Made by a program: the position numbers and the translations under genes
Shown here: positions 48,091-62,290 of the stretch, piece after piece
How the letters are laid out: each line of letters opens with the position of its first letter
Position numbering within the stretch: position 1 is the stretch's first letter
Source: Phyllosticta citribraziliensis
Lineage: Eukaryota
NCBI RefSeq assembly: GCF_038025025.1
Contig: NW_027117344.1
Location: 682,001 to 746,000 of the forward strand
Length of the DNA stretch: 64,000 bases
Reading direction: 5' to 3'
Notes under the pieces: generated by a model
What the model was told of the DNA's origin: nothing
The model's input: the letters and a program-made list of their open reading frames with translations, nothing else
The model's database searches: none

Positions 48091-51000
48091 GGCGAATTTT
48101 GAGGAAAGGCAAACGATTTTGATGCTATTGATCAATCAATCCAAGATAAAAAGCAGGATCGGCAAATCAAGGATCAAGAACAGCATTTGGCGACAAAAGC
48201 GCGCATCAAGTGCAAGTGCGCAATGTTGCAGAACGAAGGACCAGCTCTATACCCTTGTCACCCTTGCTTCTCCCGCGACAGGGATCCAAACTTGAGCACT
48301 ATGCCTGTTCTGTGTTTGCGGCGTAGCAGTGGACGCCCTTGTGTAACGTGGCGCAAACCAACACCTATAGAAAGTCTCAACACAGGCGACAGCAAAAATG
48401 GGAAAACGTATATTTATTGTTCATTTTTGCACCAGGCAGTGTGTGCGGCCCTTAAGGCTCTGAATATCCAGTTTATTGACATGTGCCCTTCATGCATGTA
48501 AGTTAAACTGAACTGCATAGATAGAGGATAGCCACACGAAGCTTTCAAACGCTTGAACGGGGCTCTAAATTCTAAACTCTGGCGGGAAGATGCAGCGCCC
48601 TCGTACCTTTATACAGATACAAGTTGAGCCAGTTTTCCCTAGTTCTACACGTTTCCTGCACCAGAAATGACATACTTAGGCTTCCTATTCCTTTTGAAGA
48701 CATCACATTGAACCTGTGTCGACGATGCGACATTTATGCTTTACATAGGCTGTGAAAGCGATAATTCTGCGACAGATGCCTCACATTCCTTTCAAGTCCA
48801 CGGGAACTGTCCCGCGGTATGCGTACCCGCCAGCTGAACTGATCTTCCTCTAGAAACTCGGAAGAATCCCTTCTATGGTAACGGGTTGGCATTTGCGTTT
48901 TTGGTGCGCCTTGTCGGCTAAGAACAGGGGGATACGTGCAGTGCCGTAGTAGCTGGCGGCCGAAGGACGATTCTGATTCTATTTGAATGTAAACGCCCGT
49001 CACACTGCTAGTTGCATATGCATGGCAAACCAGTCCGTTGGAATCACTGTTCGGAGGGGCACAGTTCCAAAGCATGCCTTGTGTAGGTTCCAAACTCGTC
49101 ATCTAATACTATGATGGCATGGACGGCGCTTCGGTTTTCTGAGTATGCCACAAAAGTCATTGAACGGCCTTGAGTTGTTGGTGGCTTGTGAGTAGCTCGT
49201 TACCGTCACGTCAATCGTTCACTATGTCCAACGCCTTGGATGCCATTCGCTCGACGATATTGGGATCCAACTTGGCCGCAGGATTCAATACTTCAATCCC
49301 GGAAGTTGAATGACCACATGCATGTACTGATGAGTCTATCAATATGTCACAAAGCATGTCCAGTGGTGCCAACAACCAACACGAGCAGAAACACTCGGAC
49401 AAGGGTTCCTATTCCTGTAGACAATGCATGTCCTAGAGACAATTCTTGCGCCCGGCAAATGGCCTACGATGAGATTGGTAGCCTTGTTAAGGATTAAACT
49501 CGCATTTTTGTATTTCAACTCCTACATAAGCACAGCGTGCGGACAACCAGCCTTTCAAGCCATGATTTCAAAGCTCAAACCATTATTACCATCTTCCGAC
49601 GCACTCCCATCTCTCGAAATTCATCATGAGCGAGCGCGGCAATGAGAAAAATGCCATGACCGACCCAGGGCTCAACGGACCGAAGGGAGCCTTGCAGGCC
49701 CTCTAGGGAAAGACGCAACAGAAACAGCACGCTTCGAGCCTCGAATTCGCCAGAGATGATAGGGAGTTTTTGAAAAAACAGGGCGAATCATCAAGGGACC
49801 GACACCGTCAAGGGAAAACAAAGGACAGTGGGAATGAGGATGGAAAAAACAAGGACAATGGGAAAGTCGATGAAAAACCAAAATAAAGTGAGTCGCGATA
49901 CATTCACAACGGTCAGAGGTCAAGAAGAATATGAAGCCTAAGCTAAAGCAGTTACCCCTGGATCCTTCCAAGCAGCCGTTCGCAGTATTCGCGGTTAACA
50001 TCCCGATTGCTGCCAGAATTCACGCCAATCGAAAAGACAGCTGAAGCGTTTGGGCAGTTAGGGAGGGAAAATACGGAGGAAGACTTCAGGGGATCGCCTT
50101 TTACAAATCTCACATTTCTTTCCCCATATACTATGCGCCCTGCTTCCTGTGATTCCAGTTAGTTGATTACCTATGCAAAGTGGATAAAAAGATTTGTCGT
50201 GCTTATGGAAGTGTGAAGCAAGACACCTTTGTCACCTCTGCAGGAAGTGCCGTAACTACCCCTAGTAAACTTCCAACAGCATCAACAGAGATCGCGATAT
50301 CAATGCATAGATATTGACAGCAAGTGAGAGTAGAGAGCGAAGTTATGGCATATATAGCTTTGGAGTTACTCGAAACCACACATGATTTGAATGCTCCTAG
50401 ATGGGTTGGATTCTTGTCGAGTGCCTGTGCGAATTCTCCCAGAGTGGTTACATTTGATTGAGACGAACATCCTTGAAATGAAGCAGAGTGGCTACATGAA
50501 TGCTTGCAGTACGGTCACAGTAAAGGAGTACAAACACCTCGAGATTCCCATACCCAAGCTGATTGAATGCTCTCAGGATGTATGTTGAACAAGAGTATGA
50601 TACTTCTTAGGAAATTGGTGTACTTGCGGTGGTGAGCCGCTGAGGATATGATCGATGAGATGTCATAGTACAGCGTGAATGCTTCTTGAGTGACATTTGC
50701 GAAAACATGAATCCTCCCAGACGAGCTTCATACAACTGACGATGGATCCCCCCCATCCAGTCAGCCTGCTTCACCATGAAGTCCAGATGAGACGAACAAG
50801 AATACGACCAAAAACAAAGGGCAACGAAAAAAACCGTCGACGAGCTGCGCTCCCGGCAACCTCGCCAAACGAAACTTGACACACACCTGACGTCAAGGAG
50901 AAGCCCTCCATGTGCACACAAGGTACTCCTGTCAATCGCCGCCCGCCGGCGTCTGCGCGCGCCGCCCCGTCGACACGCAGCGGAAACGGCTAGCTAGCTA

Positions 51001-51461
51001 GCTGAGCTAGTAAGCAGAAGCGGGAACCAAGAAAAGAAGGAGAAAAGTATCCGAGAGCGAGCCACACGCACTAGCTAGCTTCCTGGTAGCCAGGCACCAT
51101 GTGCGGCTGATCGGTGCTGGGTCCGGCCTAACGCAAAGCTTGCCCTTTCTATCTTTCCTTACCGCGTGCGTGCACACACACACACACTTGCTAGTAGCAA
51201 CCGACCCATCCGTCTGGTAGACTAGCCAAGACAAACGGGGAAAAAGAAGAAGAAATGTTCGCTCTCATTGGATGGAATGTAAATTCAAGAGAAAATGGTA
51301 CATCCTTTCTGTCCTGCGCTCAAAGCATGTGAGGACTTATCCCGCGTAACGCGTGAGCTTGGTGACGTAGGAAGAAAGGGAGCTTGTGATCGACTGACGC
51401 AAGACAAGACTTGACAGACTCCAACGTCGAAGCCAAAAAGAGACAAGGGGTCACTGTAAGG

Positions 51462-51466
<5 letters not shown>

Positions 51467-51498
<32 letters not shown>
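51467..51498. repeat. (AG)n microsatellite
   Basis: About 16 perfect AG units. Confidence 0.9.
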
Positions 51499-51505
<7 letters not shown>

Positions 51506-54500
51506 AGACGCAAAAGAGCTACTCCACCAGAAAAGTTCCATCATCGTGGCTGCGCCACCTTGTGCCAAGCTCCAAACGTCTCGCCGTCCCGCTGCAGCCA
51601 GCTCTAGACGCAGACGCAGATTCCAGACTGTGGCCAGGACCCGGACCTAGGGCCGACGACTAGGACTAGACGATGACGGCGATGAGCCAGGAGACAGGGA
51701 AGGGGGCGCGCAAAGGATGATGGGGAAACAGCGAGAATTCGATTCGGAAATCTGCGACCACGCTTCTCACATTTCCCCATCCCCTTGTTCCTCCTGAACA
51801 TGTCGCTGCTGTTGCTGCTGCAAAGGGCAAACCAAAACAACTTCTCAAACGAGGGTGCGTCCCATGTGAGCGCCACATCGAGAGATCCCTCGCCCTTCTT
51901 CGCACGCGTGTGCCTGTCTCAGATGATGCCAAAAATACCTAATACCTCTTTATTTCGCTCTTTTGCCTGCCGCGGCAGCACACAAGGGAGAAACACGGCG
52001 ACGGGAGAGCGACTGAGGAAGCGCTGTCGCTCGTTCGCCACACACAGGCAGCAGATCGATTCATCGTCAGGTGGGCTGAAGGAATCGTCAATGCGCGCTA
52101 GTTGTTGGCTGTCGCCACACTTTGTTCCCCCTTCTTAGGCGGGTCGAGCTGAAGGAGAAGGGCAGAGACACAAGGCGGGAAAAGGAGGCCACGGGGCCAG
52201 CAGCAGCAGCGGCGGACTCTGCCGTATGCGTCCTGCAGGCGAAAGTCGGACAGGCCAGCTTCTCAGGCCAGGCTGGGCCAGGCTCAACGAGCGCAGTAGT
52301 CCTGTGCTGTGTGCTGTGCTTTGCTGTGTGTGTTGTGTTGTGGTGCGATGCGGGCGCCATAGACGACGCCACATCATACCCTTCTCTCCCACGCTACTCG
52401 CTTTGGGCTAACACACCTACACTCTGCACTGCTCTCACACGCGACGCGATGGGCCGACGCGACGCCACTGCGCGCACCCCACGGTACACGCTACGCTTCG
52501 TAGCCTGTACGGCTCCAGACGCCACGCCACGCCCGCCCGCCTGCCCACACTGCAGCCGCCCGTGTCGTGGAGTATACAGCTTTCGCAGCTACTAGCTACA
52601 TGTAGCCAGGCCGAGGCAGATACAGCGCGCAGGCGGGCGGGCGGGCAGGGCCAAGGTCTTGTCGTCGTCTTGAGCCTCCGCGCCTTTTTGCTTGTCGTTC
52701 TTGTAATTCTTGGTACTTTCTGCTGCTGCTGCTTCTTCACGTCCCGTCTGGTCTCGTCTCTTGTCGTCGCCCCTTGTCCCGTTCCTGAAGCACGCCATTA
52801 CGCGTACACCCACCTCACCACTGCTGCTTCTGCTGTTGCGCAGGAGCGAGCAAGTGAGTAGTGGCGGCGAGGGAGACGGACGAGCAAGTCCAAGCAATCC
52901 AAGCGGGCGAAATCGGGTCGCCGTGGCGTGGCAACGGTTTTGCTTCGCCAGCTCGTCGACTTGGCTGTCGTCGTCATCGTCGCCGTCGTTTTCGGCGTGC
53001 CGCACCGATCTATTCTGCGGGAAGCTTCTGTGCCGCTTCGGCAATGTCGCCTCGCTCGTATGAGTGCTGCGGCGCGGTGATGGGATTGAGTGTCCGATGC
53101 GAGACGGGGACGACGTCAAACAGAGAGGAGGAAGCCGAGCAGGAGGAGGCGAAGTGAACCGAGACGGCGCGAGTAAGGGACGGACTGTCTGATTGACAAA
53201 CAGACATACGACGGAGGAGGCACAGCATAGCTCACCGGTTTGCAGCAGCCGGCTACGTGCAGCCAGCTCGCTCTGGAAGCGTCCTTTAGGTCCTTTGGAG
53301 AGAAAAAGAAATGAAAAGAAAGGGCAATGTGATAGGAGACAACGCGAGGCTGGAAGATTCGAATCTACCATTCTGCTTCAGGACGTATCAGGGAGAAGTG
53401 AAAAGCTGGGTTGGTCAGTTTCCGCAAGTAATTTGGCTTGGAGCCCATAGGCTGCTAATTTCTAGTTTACCCAGACATTAATTTCAAGAGGAGAGGGAGG
53501 GGTCATGGACGAGGAGGAAGTGGACAGTGACTGCAGCACCTGCCCACTAGACCGCGCCTCTCCTCGACTCCCTCTCCCTGCTCCACAGCATCGACAACGT
53601 GCACTCACTCACCTGATTCAATACCCCACCGGCTCCACCATTGAACAGCGAACTCCAATGGACATTCCGAACAAGATCACAAGCGGTGAAGCCACCACAA
53701 ATTCTTTGACTGCCCTTTCATGAGAAGGGGTGTCCCTTTTGCTTGTTGTTGGGTTGGTGCTGGCATCTATCACCGGGCACGCACGCACGCATCCATCGTC
53801 GTTGATGCGTGGTTGTCTAGATTGCCTGCATTGGCTTGATGCAGGCATGTAGGGTAGGTGGGTGTCTGGCAAGCAATATATCTGTCCAACGCCACTGAAC
53901 ACGTCCATGCGGAGAGTCGGTGACGCGGGATCGGACAGAGTGATTGATCGCTGCGTTTCCTTGCCTACCACGCTTGCCTTTGCACTTCTTTGACCAATTC
54001 TTCAGACCTACTGATAAAAAGTGGTCTGTGGTGAACTCCATCCAGAGGCGTAGATCCTCGACTTACCTACAGGGCCTGACTGTACTGGCCTGTTCGGTAG
54101 AGCTGCACCGCGGAAATGCGGCACATCTACCTATTCACGCGCACGCCAACCCACCTCGACATCAGCAGTACGCCGTTTCAGCAATGTTCCATGCCGCAGC
54201 CGCAGCAGCCGGCGCGCGCAATCTCAGTCTGCAGGCAAATCAGGCCAGCTCAGTACAGACATGTACACACAACGATGGCCAAATGTGCGGTAAGTAGCCA
54301 GAGTTAACTAACTAGCGCCACCGCTTCGCTGGGAATAACCACAGAGCGGGACGCAAGCAAGGTGGTCCCAGGATGGAGAGAAGCCAAGACGGGCGGGCCA
54401 GCGGGCGGGTACCCATACCGCCGGCGCGGAGAGGGAGACGAACCTGGACAACGGGACGCCCCCGTCGCTGGTATTGGCGAGGGTGTCCCCGCCAGAGAGA

Positions 54501-55407
54501 TCAAGCGGTGGAGCTGGATCGGTCTGGGGAGCGTGGTCGATGGTTTTTGGTGGTGGTAGGGAAATAGATGAATGCGACAGCGCCGGGCTGAAGCGAAGAA
54601 GGGAAAGCTGCAAGAGAGATTTGCTGCGCCGCGCGAGACAAAAATAACGGAAAACATGCGAGCAAAATGACGGCCGCCGCACCGGCTGCGAAATGGGGTC
54701 TGTTGGTAGACCGGTGTTGGCTCCTGGTGTTCCTCGTTCCTTCTGCGTCGACGCCCACCGCAATGACGCGAAACCGATGGCTGAGCTGCTGCACTGCCGC
54801 AGCACAGCAAAGAAGCAACATGTCTCGGGGCGCCGCGACAAGTGTTCGAGCTCTGCAGCCAACACAAGGCTGAAAGGGGAGGTTTGAGAGAGCGGCGGCG
54901 GTGGAGGTCAAGCGTCGAAGCGGTCAGGTCTGCTGCCACAGAATGTAGGTCAGGCACCATTTTGTCCGTGGCTTTTTTCGGCAATTCGCGACGATCGAGA
55001 GTGCTGCTGTCCTTTCTCTTCGACGGCTCATCGCACACAGCTGGCTGGCTGGCTGCGCCAAGGGGCCGTCTTCTCTTTTACGAACACGGATATTCCGCCT
55101 ACCCGTTGACACACAGAGAATTCCGACTTGGCTGCCAGCTGGGCGACTGACCGACCGGCTGCGTGCCAGCCAGCCAGCCAGCCAGCCAGGTGGTCGCCGC
55201 GGCCGCCTTGAATGCTGCTGCTGGCGTGATGTGGTCTTGCCTGGTGGTCGTCGTCCCGCCCGCCTCCGGGGGGCATCCGTCTGTCGTCCGTCTGGCTGTC
55301 CGTCCCGTCCGCCGTCCGCCACGCGGCGATCAGCCACATGGATGTGAGGGTGGACAGACCAAGTGCCTAGCTAGTGGACAGCCCTGCGCGTAGTGCTTCT
55401 GGAGGAT

Positions 55408-55430
55408 AAAAAAAAAAAAAAAAAAAAAAA
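55408..55430. repeat. Poly(A) tract
   Basis: Run of 23 A; a second run of 18 A lies at 56392-56409. Confidence 0.9.
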
Positions 55431-58400
55431 GAGTCAACGCCACGCATCGAATCAAAGCAGGCTGCGTTGTGACTCGACGGGCTGGTGGCCGACCGGAAAA
55501 CGCCCTTTAGACGCCCCCCGTTCGACATATGGACTGATCAATGGCGGGACGCCGTCTTTCAGCTCCAGGCTTCCCCGCGCGCAACGCACAAAAACAGGAC
55601 ATGGATTCATGCGAGACGTGGTTCACGACCCCCGAGCAGCACGCACTCCACACATTGCATTATTGCGCGGCGGCCGACCGACCCAACTTGAACGATTTGA
55701 GTAACAGACGACGAGGGGCCAAGGCACCAAGCAAGCCCAAGCCAAAGTCCGAGGGGGCATGTGGCCGGCCGATGCGAGTGCGAGCGCGAAAAGTACAAAC
55801 GCCGCTGAACCAAGCCCAGCCAACAGCAAGGCAAGACAGGCCAGGCCAACAGGCAGGCGAGCGAGCAGGCAACGTGACGAGCTCGGGCATTGGATCATGT
55901 CTTCGCTTGCTCCGCCGCATTTCCCCCTCCTTTTTGCTCGCTCTGCTAGAGTGGGGCACACAAGGACGAGCGAGGACACGGGTGTAGCTCTGGTCGCTCG
56001 CCACGCTTGGCCCCGCCTCGATGTTGGCTGGGCCGGGGCATGTAGACGCCGCGCGAAGCGCACATTTTCCGTCCCGGTGTTCGTACCACGTGCGTTGGTA
56101 CGGGATCCGCGCGGATCAGAGAGATGCCGGGTAGCTGGCATTGGATATGAGCGATTGAGCCCGATCCGGCAGCTATCCGGGTGCAGATGAGCGGATGTTG
56201 GTTTCCTTTGGACACACCGAAGGGCCCGCCCAACAACAAGCAAGTGAGGAGAGGTGGAAGTGGGCCGGGGGATGCGCAGCAGGGCAGCGGGAAAAACAAA
56301 GCAGAGAAACAGGCATGGCTGGCAGGTGGGGCAAGGCCCTCGTTGGACAAGGACTGGGGGGAAGTAAATGAGACGAGAAGAAGGTAGAGGGAAAAAAAAA
56401 AAAAAAAAAGAAGAAATGAAAATTCCGGAAAAGGACAGCTATGCGGGAGATTTGGAATAGGCAGACGGACGACGACGAGGAAATGACTGAGGCTCTTGCG
56501 GGTCCTGGCGTGGTGGAAACTCATGCAGTGCATCGCAGATGAGCATTCTGGAACTTGGGCTCGAGCTGAGAGGGGCGACATGGCACGGGAGGACAGCAGC
56601 ACGCGCGAGCTCCCGAGCATGGGAGTGGTGGTGATGGTGTCTGCAGCGTGAAGTAATGGGACAGGCAGAATATCTGGCCGGCAGCGATTGGAGAGGCGGG
56701 TGTGAAGGAGGGCGGGAGAGTCGAAACATGCATCGGCTCGTACAAAGCTATTGTGTCGTGCTCGGCTTGTACCGCTCGCTGGTTGAAGCGAGACCAACAG
56801 GTGATCATTTCCTTCAGCCCCCAACCCGACCGACGTCCAGGCAGCCAGATGGATGTGCGCAATCCCCGCATGGCAGCGGCACGCATCAATAGTACAAGGG
56901 ACGCGTGGAAGATTGGACTTCCGTACAGCCATCCAATTCGGCAACCAAGCCTCTGTCGCTAAACCTCTACTCCTTCTGGCTTTTCGTGTGCGCATGCGAG
57001 CCCTTTTGTCCACGGCTTTCTCCAACCCAGCCTGCAGCTAGAAGATTGCAAATGATTAGACAGCCGCCAAGCTCCGTCGCTTCAGCTGTGCTGCCCACTG
57101 CCAACAAGTGCGTCGCGAAATCTGGGGAGGACGACGACGAGTTCCACACGCTGGCCCCGTCGGCGAGCTGAATGGTTTCGAAAAGCCTTGTCACCGTGTA
57201 TCCAGCGAGCGCCTCGACTTGCTTACTGATCACTGCGCGCGGCCACGTGGGCCATGCGAGCGTGCAAATGCTGTGCCATCCGATGGTGTGCTGGGTGCTG
57301 GGTTTTGCGCCCGCTGTCTTGGGCATGGTGTTTTGTGTGGGAGCACGCGGGGGACCGAGTCCATCCGGCAACGAAAGCACTCGTCACAAGTCGAGACCGC
57401 CACCGCTGGCTGCTTTTGCCGTCTGGACCGGCCATTACTTTGTCCAAAACTGCATCATGACGTCCGTCGTCCCGGAGGATTCGCAAGCCCTCTGCCGTAC
57501 TCGCCGAGTCCGCCGGCGTCGTCATATGCCCACGAGCTGAGAGCTCAAGTTGTAGCACCTTTGTTAAACTTTAAGCAAGCCAGTCGTATGAATGTATGCC
57601 TGTGCCCAGCGGGCGTTTCTGTTTGATCCCATGGGGGCCATTCGTCCCGCGACGTTGAGTACGACGCGGCCATTCGCCTGCTAATTATAGAGGGCCTCCC
57701 GGGGAATGCCGCAGTCGATGCCCGGTCCGTCGCCAGGCCTCCACGATTGCCAGAGTCGACGTGATGGTCTGCGGTAAATGCTTCATTTTCCACATGAGGA
57801 CACCGTTGCGTCGCCATGTTGGTCGCCAAGGATCATGACGGTGAGCAGTGAAGGCTGTTCCAAGTCGCTGGTTCGTAGGGCTGGAGGAGCCGCTTGCTTA
57901 CAGGTACGTCGCACGTCTTTGACGCAAATCTCTTGACCGCTGCTTGCAAAGCCCCCCAAGGCAGCAGAATCCAACAGGTGTGGCAGTTTCCATGGCAGAT
58001 GCGCCGTTTTACTGCAAAAGAGTCGAAGAAAGCGCCGCCCATGCAGCTGCGCCAGCCGGCGAGCAGGCTATGATGCAGCTCGAGCGCGGCGATCCCGTCT
58101 AGGGCACTGAAACGAGGGCGGTCCTGTGCCATTGCGACATGGGTCCGATAGAGAATTACCAAGCATGGACACGAGCTTCCAATCACACCGAAAACATCCA
58201 TCGGCGACCCTGGCGAATATCACAGGCTCGCATGTGATATCAAAGGATGCATCAACGTCGTTTGACGGCGACTACCAGCCCTCTCAGGCTGCAGATGGCG
58301 GCAGGCGCTCCTTCGACGGGGGGCCATGCATGGTGCTGTCCGGACAAGCGGCGGGGAGGAAAACGTAGCCCGCGGACACTGGCAGACTCATAGTTTGACG

Positions 58401-61338
58401 GCTTCGAATGGTGGACGGTATCAAGGTGCTCTAGGTGCCATGTTAGTACAGATTGGTCGTGGCTGGGGAGCGCGACAAGGGCGGTTCAAGAGTGCCGAGA
58501 GGTTTCAATGACGGAGGGCGAAAAGCATAAACATCCAGCGCAGGCAAAAGTAGCTGGGCGCAGGATGAGTGGACGGAGAGAAGGAAGTGATAGGAAACAA
58601 CGAGCACCATCTGGCGTCGGTTGATAGGGAGGCCGACTAGCTCGCTCCTGGGCGCGCAGAAACAAGCCTAAAACGTATTGTACTCGATGAGGCAGTGGAG
58701 CCAACCTTGGGCCGTTAATTTCTAAATTAGGGACCAAAAGTGCCGTTGCTGGAATGGTGGGGAGGCCACTCGGAGACTTTGTTTTTGGAGACACAAGACA
58801 GTGGTCGTCCAGAATCCTACGTCGCGGAGGCTATGACAACGCGCGGCCCCAACAGTGAAGTAGCCGCAGGGCAAGCGCGGGATCTGCATGGAGGATCGTC
58901 TGTTGGCAACTTTTTTCCTGTGGTCTTTTTCTGGTTGCGGCAGTGGTGACGAGTAGAAGAAAGCATTGCGCCGTGGCATGAGAATAAACTCGGCTCAAAT
59001 CAGAGTCGGCGCAGCCCTATGCTTTGGATGCTAAAAACAGATCTGAAACTGGGTCCAGAGGAGCGTCACAGCAACGCTGGCACGAGACTGGCCTCGAGGG
59101 GCAAACAGCAGCCACCGACGCCGCGAGAGGGTTTTGAGGACGACGTTGGTGGGCGGACGGACAGCGAGACGCCAAACGTCAAGGGCGCACGGGCAGGTTC
59201 AAAAGGAGCAAAAAATGATTTTTGCTGGAGCTAATTGCCGCTAATCTCAACAGCAAGAAAAGCAGGGCCCCGAGACGGTAGTGCTTATCATGTGCCGCGG
59301 CGGCCACCATGCCCCTCAAGGCTGTGTGGTCGGTGGTGGTGGGCACTGACTCTCAGTCCAAGGCGCTGAGGAGAGATCGGGAGGGCCCGCGAGCGCCATA
59401 CCGCCGGGTTGGGACAGTGACCCAGGACAGAGGGGAACGGTGGGAGATCAGGGTGGAAAAGTGCCCACCCAGTCTGCGGGGTCTTTTGCTTAGCTGAGTG
59501 ATTTGTGAACATGATAGCACGACGGCGACTACGACCATGGTGTCGTGGAGCTCCTCCTTCTCGTCGTCGTCGTCGGCGCGGACGCGTCGTCCTCTCGGAG
59601 CACGTTTTGTGGCCGATGGTGCTTCGTTTCTGAAGCAGGGGGGGGCTGGCATCGGAAAAGTCGGGCTTCGGCGAATGGGCGACTGGCGACAAGCTTTGTC
59701 CTAGCGATCCTTGATCCCCAGCCGGGTGCATTATTGCGATAGCGAGAGAGAAAGAGCAGCTGCACGGCGTCGGTGCCCGGATTGGCAGAGCGGAGCGGGG
59801 AGACGAGATGAAAGTGGCCGTCACGACAGTCGTTGCTGTGCCGCAACAGGTCACTCGCAAGCCGCCCACGGCCCAAGACGCGGGGCGGGAGATCTGAGGG
59901 CGCGCCCAGCCCCACGTACGCTCTGTGCCTAGCCACGCGGGTGGGGAGTTGGGGTGGCTGCTCAGGACAACGACGGATGGTGGCGATGACGGGAATCCTC
60001 GGTGGCCCCCAAGATGTTTGGACGAGTTTGACGGAATAGTGTGGGAGTAGCGGGTGTTGCGGAGAAAGGGAAGGGCAAGGGCACTCAAGCGGAGTTAGGC
60101 CCTATCGCCGCCGTGGCCGTGGGGAGGACGAGGGACGAGGGGCGGGCAGCCAAGTCGAAACGGCCAGGGAGCAGCTTGTTTCTGTGTGCCTCCAACTCAC
60201 CGACCCTCTGCCATGACTATGTATCGTCGTAGGGCTGTGGCCTGGGGTTGCGGATGGGGTTGGGACGGGGCCGAGTGTAAGACGCTTAGTTGGCTTTAGC
60301 AGCTGGCAGCTGCGCCGGCCATCCCTGCCACAGCGTGAGGATATGCAACACATGTCGACGTCGTATGGAGCTGGAGCTGGAACTCGAGCTGGAGGGAATC
60401 GAAACGCTGCCATGCCTCGACCAAGTCGCGTCGCGCAGAAAGGCATCCAGACAACCACTGCGCCGCTTGCCGCTTGCCGCTTTGGGCAAACGGTCGAGGC
60501 CACTTGCGTCGGAGGGACGAGTGAAGGACGCAAGCGGTGTGTCTGCTAGCCCTACACACAGTAGGCAGAGGTAGGTGGATGTGAATCGGGATTATTTTTG
60601 GCCATGACCTGGCATGCACGTCGCTCTCGCAGTCCGTCGTTCGGTCGGTCGGTCGGTCGTGGCCCCCAAGCTGAATACATACCCAGCAGGCCGAAAGATG
60701 GAGGCCAGCCAGGCCCTTACCTAGGGTCCACGTCCGCTCCGCTCGACTCCAGAGCCCTGGCCCACCGTTCGGCCGATCGCACAATGGTGCCCTTTTGGAC
60801 GACCAGACTGGACTGGACTGGCCCCGAGTCGCACCTCGACTGACCGCCCTCGAGCAGAACTTGGTGGCCGACTTCGATGCCCGCGGCATTGTTAGCGAGG
60901 TGCCAAATATAATGCCATGTTGCTACCTGGGATGGGACGCGCAGGATTGCTAAGCGCTAGCTCCTCTTCTGGACGAGTGCAGGTCTGAGCCTAACGGCCA
61001 AGGCTGCCTCTGCAAGATGCCCTGGCCCATGCTCGCCCGTTGCAAGGGTGCCGGTGCCCTATGCATCTGCTCCCGGCGCTCAGGATTGCTGGCTTGGTGG
61101 CTTGCAAGGGTCACAGCTGCGTAGCTCGACTCGACTCGACTGCGCTGCGCTGCGCTGCCGACTTGGAGACAGCCTCGAGCTGATAAATATCAAGCCGCCT
61201 CCCCGGCCATGATCGTCTTGCAGCAGCCTTATTCCCACGCTTCCACAGACCCTTCTGGCCATATCATCTCGACTCGACTTCGTCTCCTTCTTCACCATCA
61301 TCTCCTCTCGACCTCTGCTTGACCCCGACTTCGCCACC

Positions 61339-62290
61339 ATGAACAGGCACGCTGGTTATGCCTACCACCCCCAGGCCCACGTGCCAACCCAGAGATACTC
61401 GAGCACCAGCAGTGCCTTCAGCCCCAGTGCCAACCCCAACGAGGACTGGACCAAGATCTCCGACCTGGCTGAGCGCAGGCGGATACAGAACCGCATTGCC
61501 CAGCGCAACTACCGTGAGTACCACTCGGGATCCGCCTCCGAGCTGGGCCTCGACTGACCTCTTCCCCAGGCAAGAAGCTCAAGAAGAGGCTCGAAGACCT
61601 CGAGAGGAGGGCCGCCTCCAACTCGGCCTCCCCAGAGCAAAAGCCCGCAGAGCTCTCCCAAGTCCAGCCTCGCGAGGACCCGGCACCCGCAAAGACCGAA
61701 GACACGCACGAGTACCCGCGGACTGCAGAGATTCCACAGCCTCAGTACTACGCCCACGACGACCGGGGCATGTTTGCGTACCAGAACACGCGCCAGATCT
61801 CGACATCTCCTCCTCCTTTTACCTACTCGGCGTACCCGGCTCCCGACGCCGTGTCTTACGCATCCTACTCCAACACGCCCTACCACGCCATTCCCGCCAC
61901 GACGGCAGACCTGCAAATGCCCTACACGCCGTACCTGCCGCCCATCTCTTCAACATACGCCGGCGCTCTTCCCAGCATGGTGGTCCCGGTGAAGCAGGAG
62001 TTCTATGGCGAGGAGGAGATTAGCCCGTTCAGCATGAACTACGCCACGCTCACGGGCATCGACATCCACACCAACGCATACCAAGACTCAAATCCTCATG
62101 TAAAGCACCCTCCCCGACAGCTTCGACGACATTGAAGAGCCGTCCCGCTGACAACGCTTCCTGTCAGACGCCTCCTCTTTCCGACTCTTTCGAATCACAA
62201 TCGGGCTCGCCTCCGGAATCGTGCTCGCTCTACAACCCCGCAACACCGGGGTCGTTGCCGGCGTCGCCTCCACATCTTGGCTGCTACTGA
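61339..62290 (+). CDS. Fungal bZIP transcription factor (ada-1-like subfamily)
   Basis: STSSAFSPSANPNEDWTKISDLAERRRIQNRIAQRNYRKKLKKRLEDLERRA basic region/zipper; exons 61339-61513, 61570-62099, 62168-62290. Confidence 0.9.

Noticed and set aside
50090..50111. GCCTTTTAC in a small stem, like U5 snRNA loop 1
   Set aside because: Weak closing stem, no extended U5 stem and no Sm site downstream; likely coincidence
55408..56409. Poly(A) tracts as retroposon tails
   Set aside because: No target-site duplications or shared upstream body found
52592..60088. 200-360 aa ORFs in the gene-free region (52592-53371, 54304-55038, 55946-57025, 59288-60088)
   Set aside because: Low-complexity R/P/S-rich translations crossing simple repeats, no domains or codon bias; expected by chance at this GC
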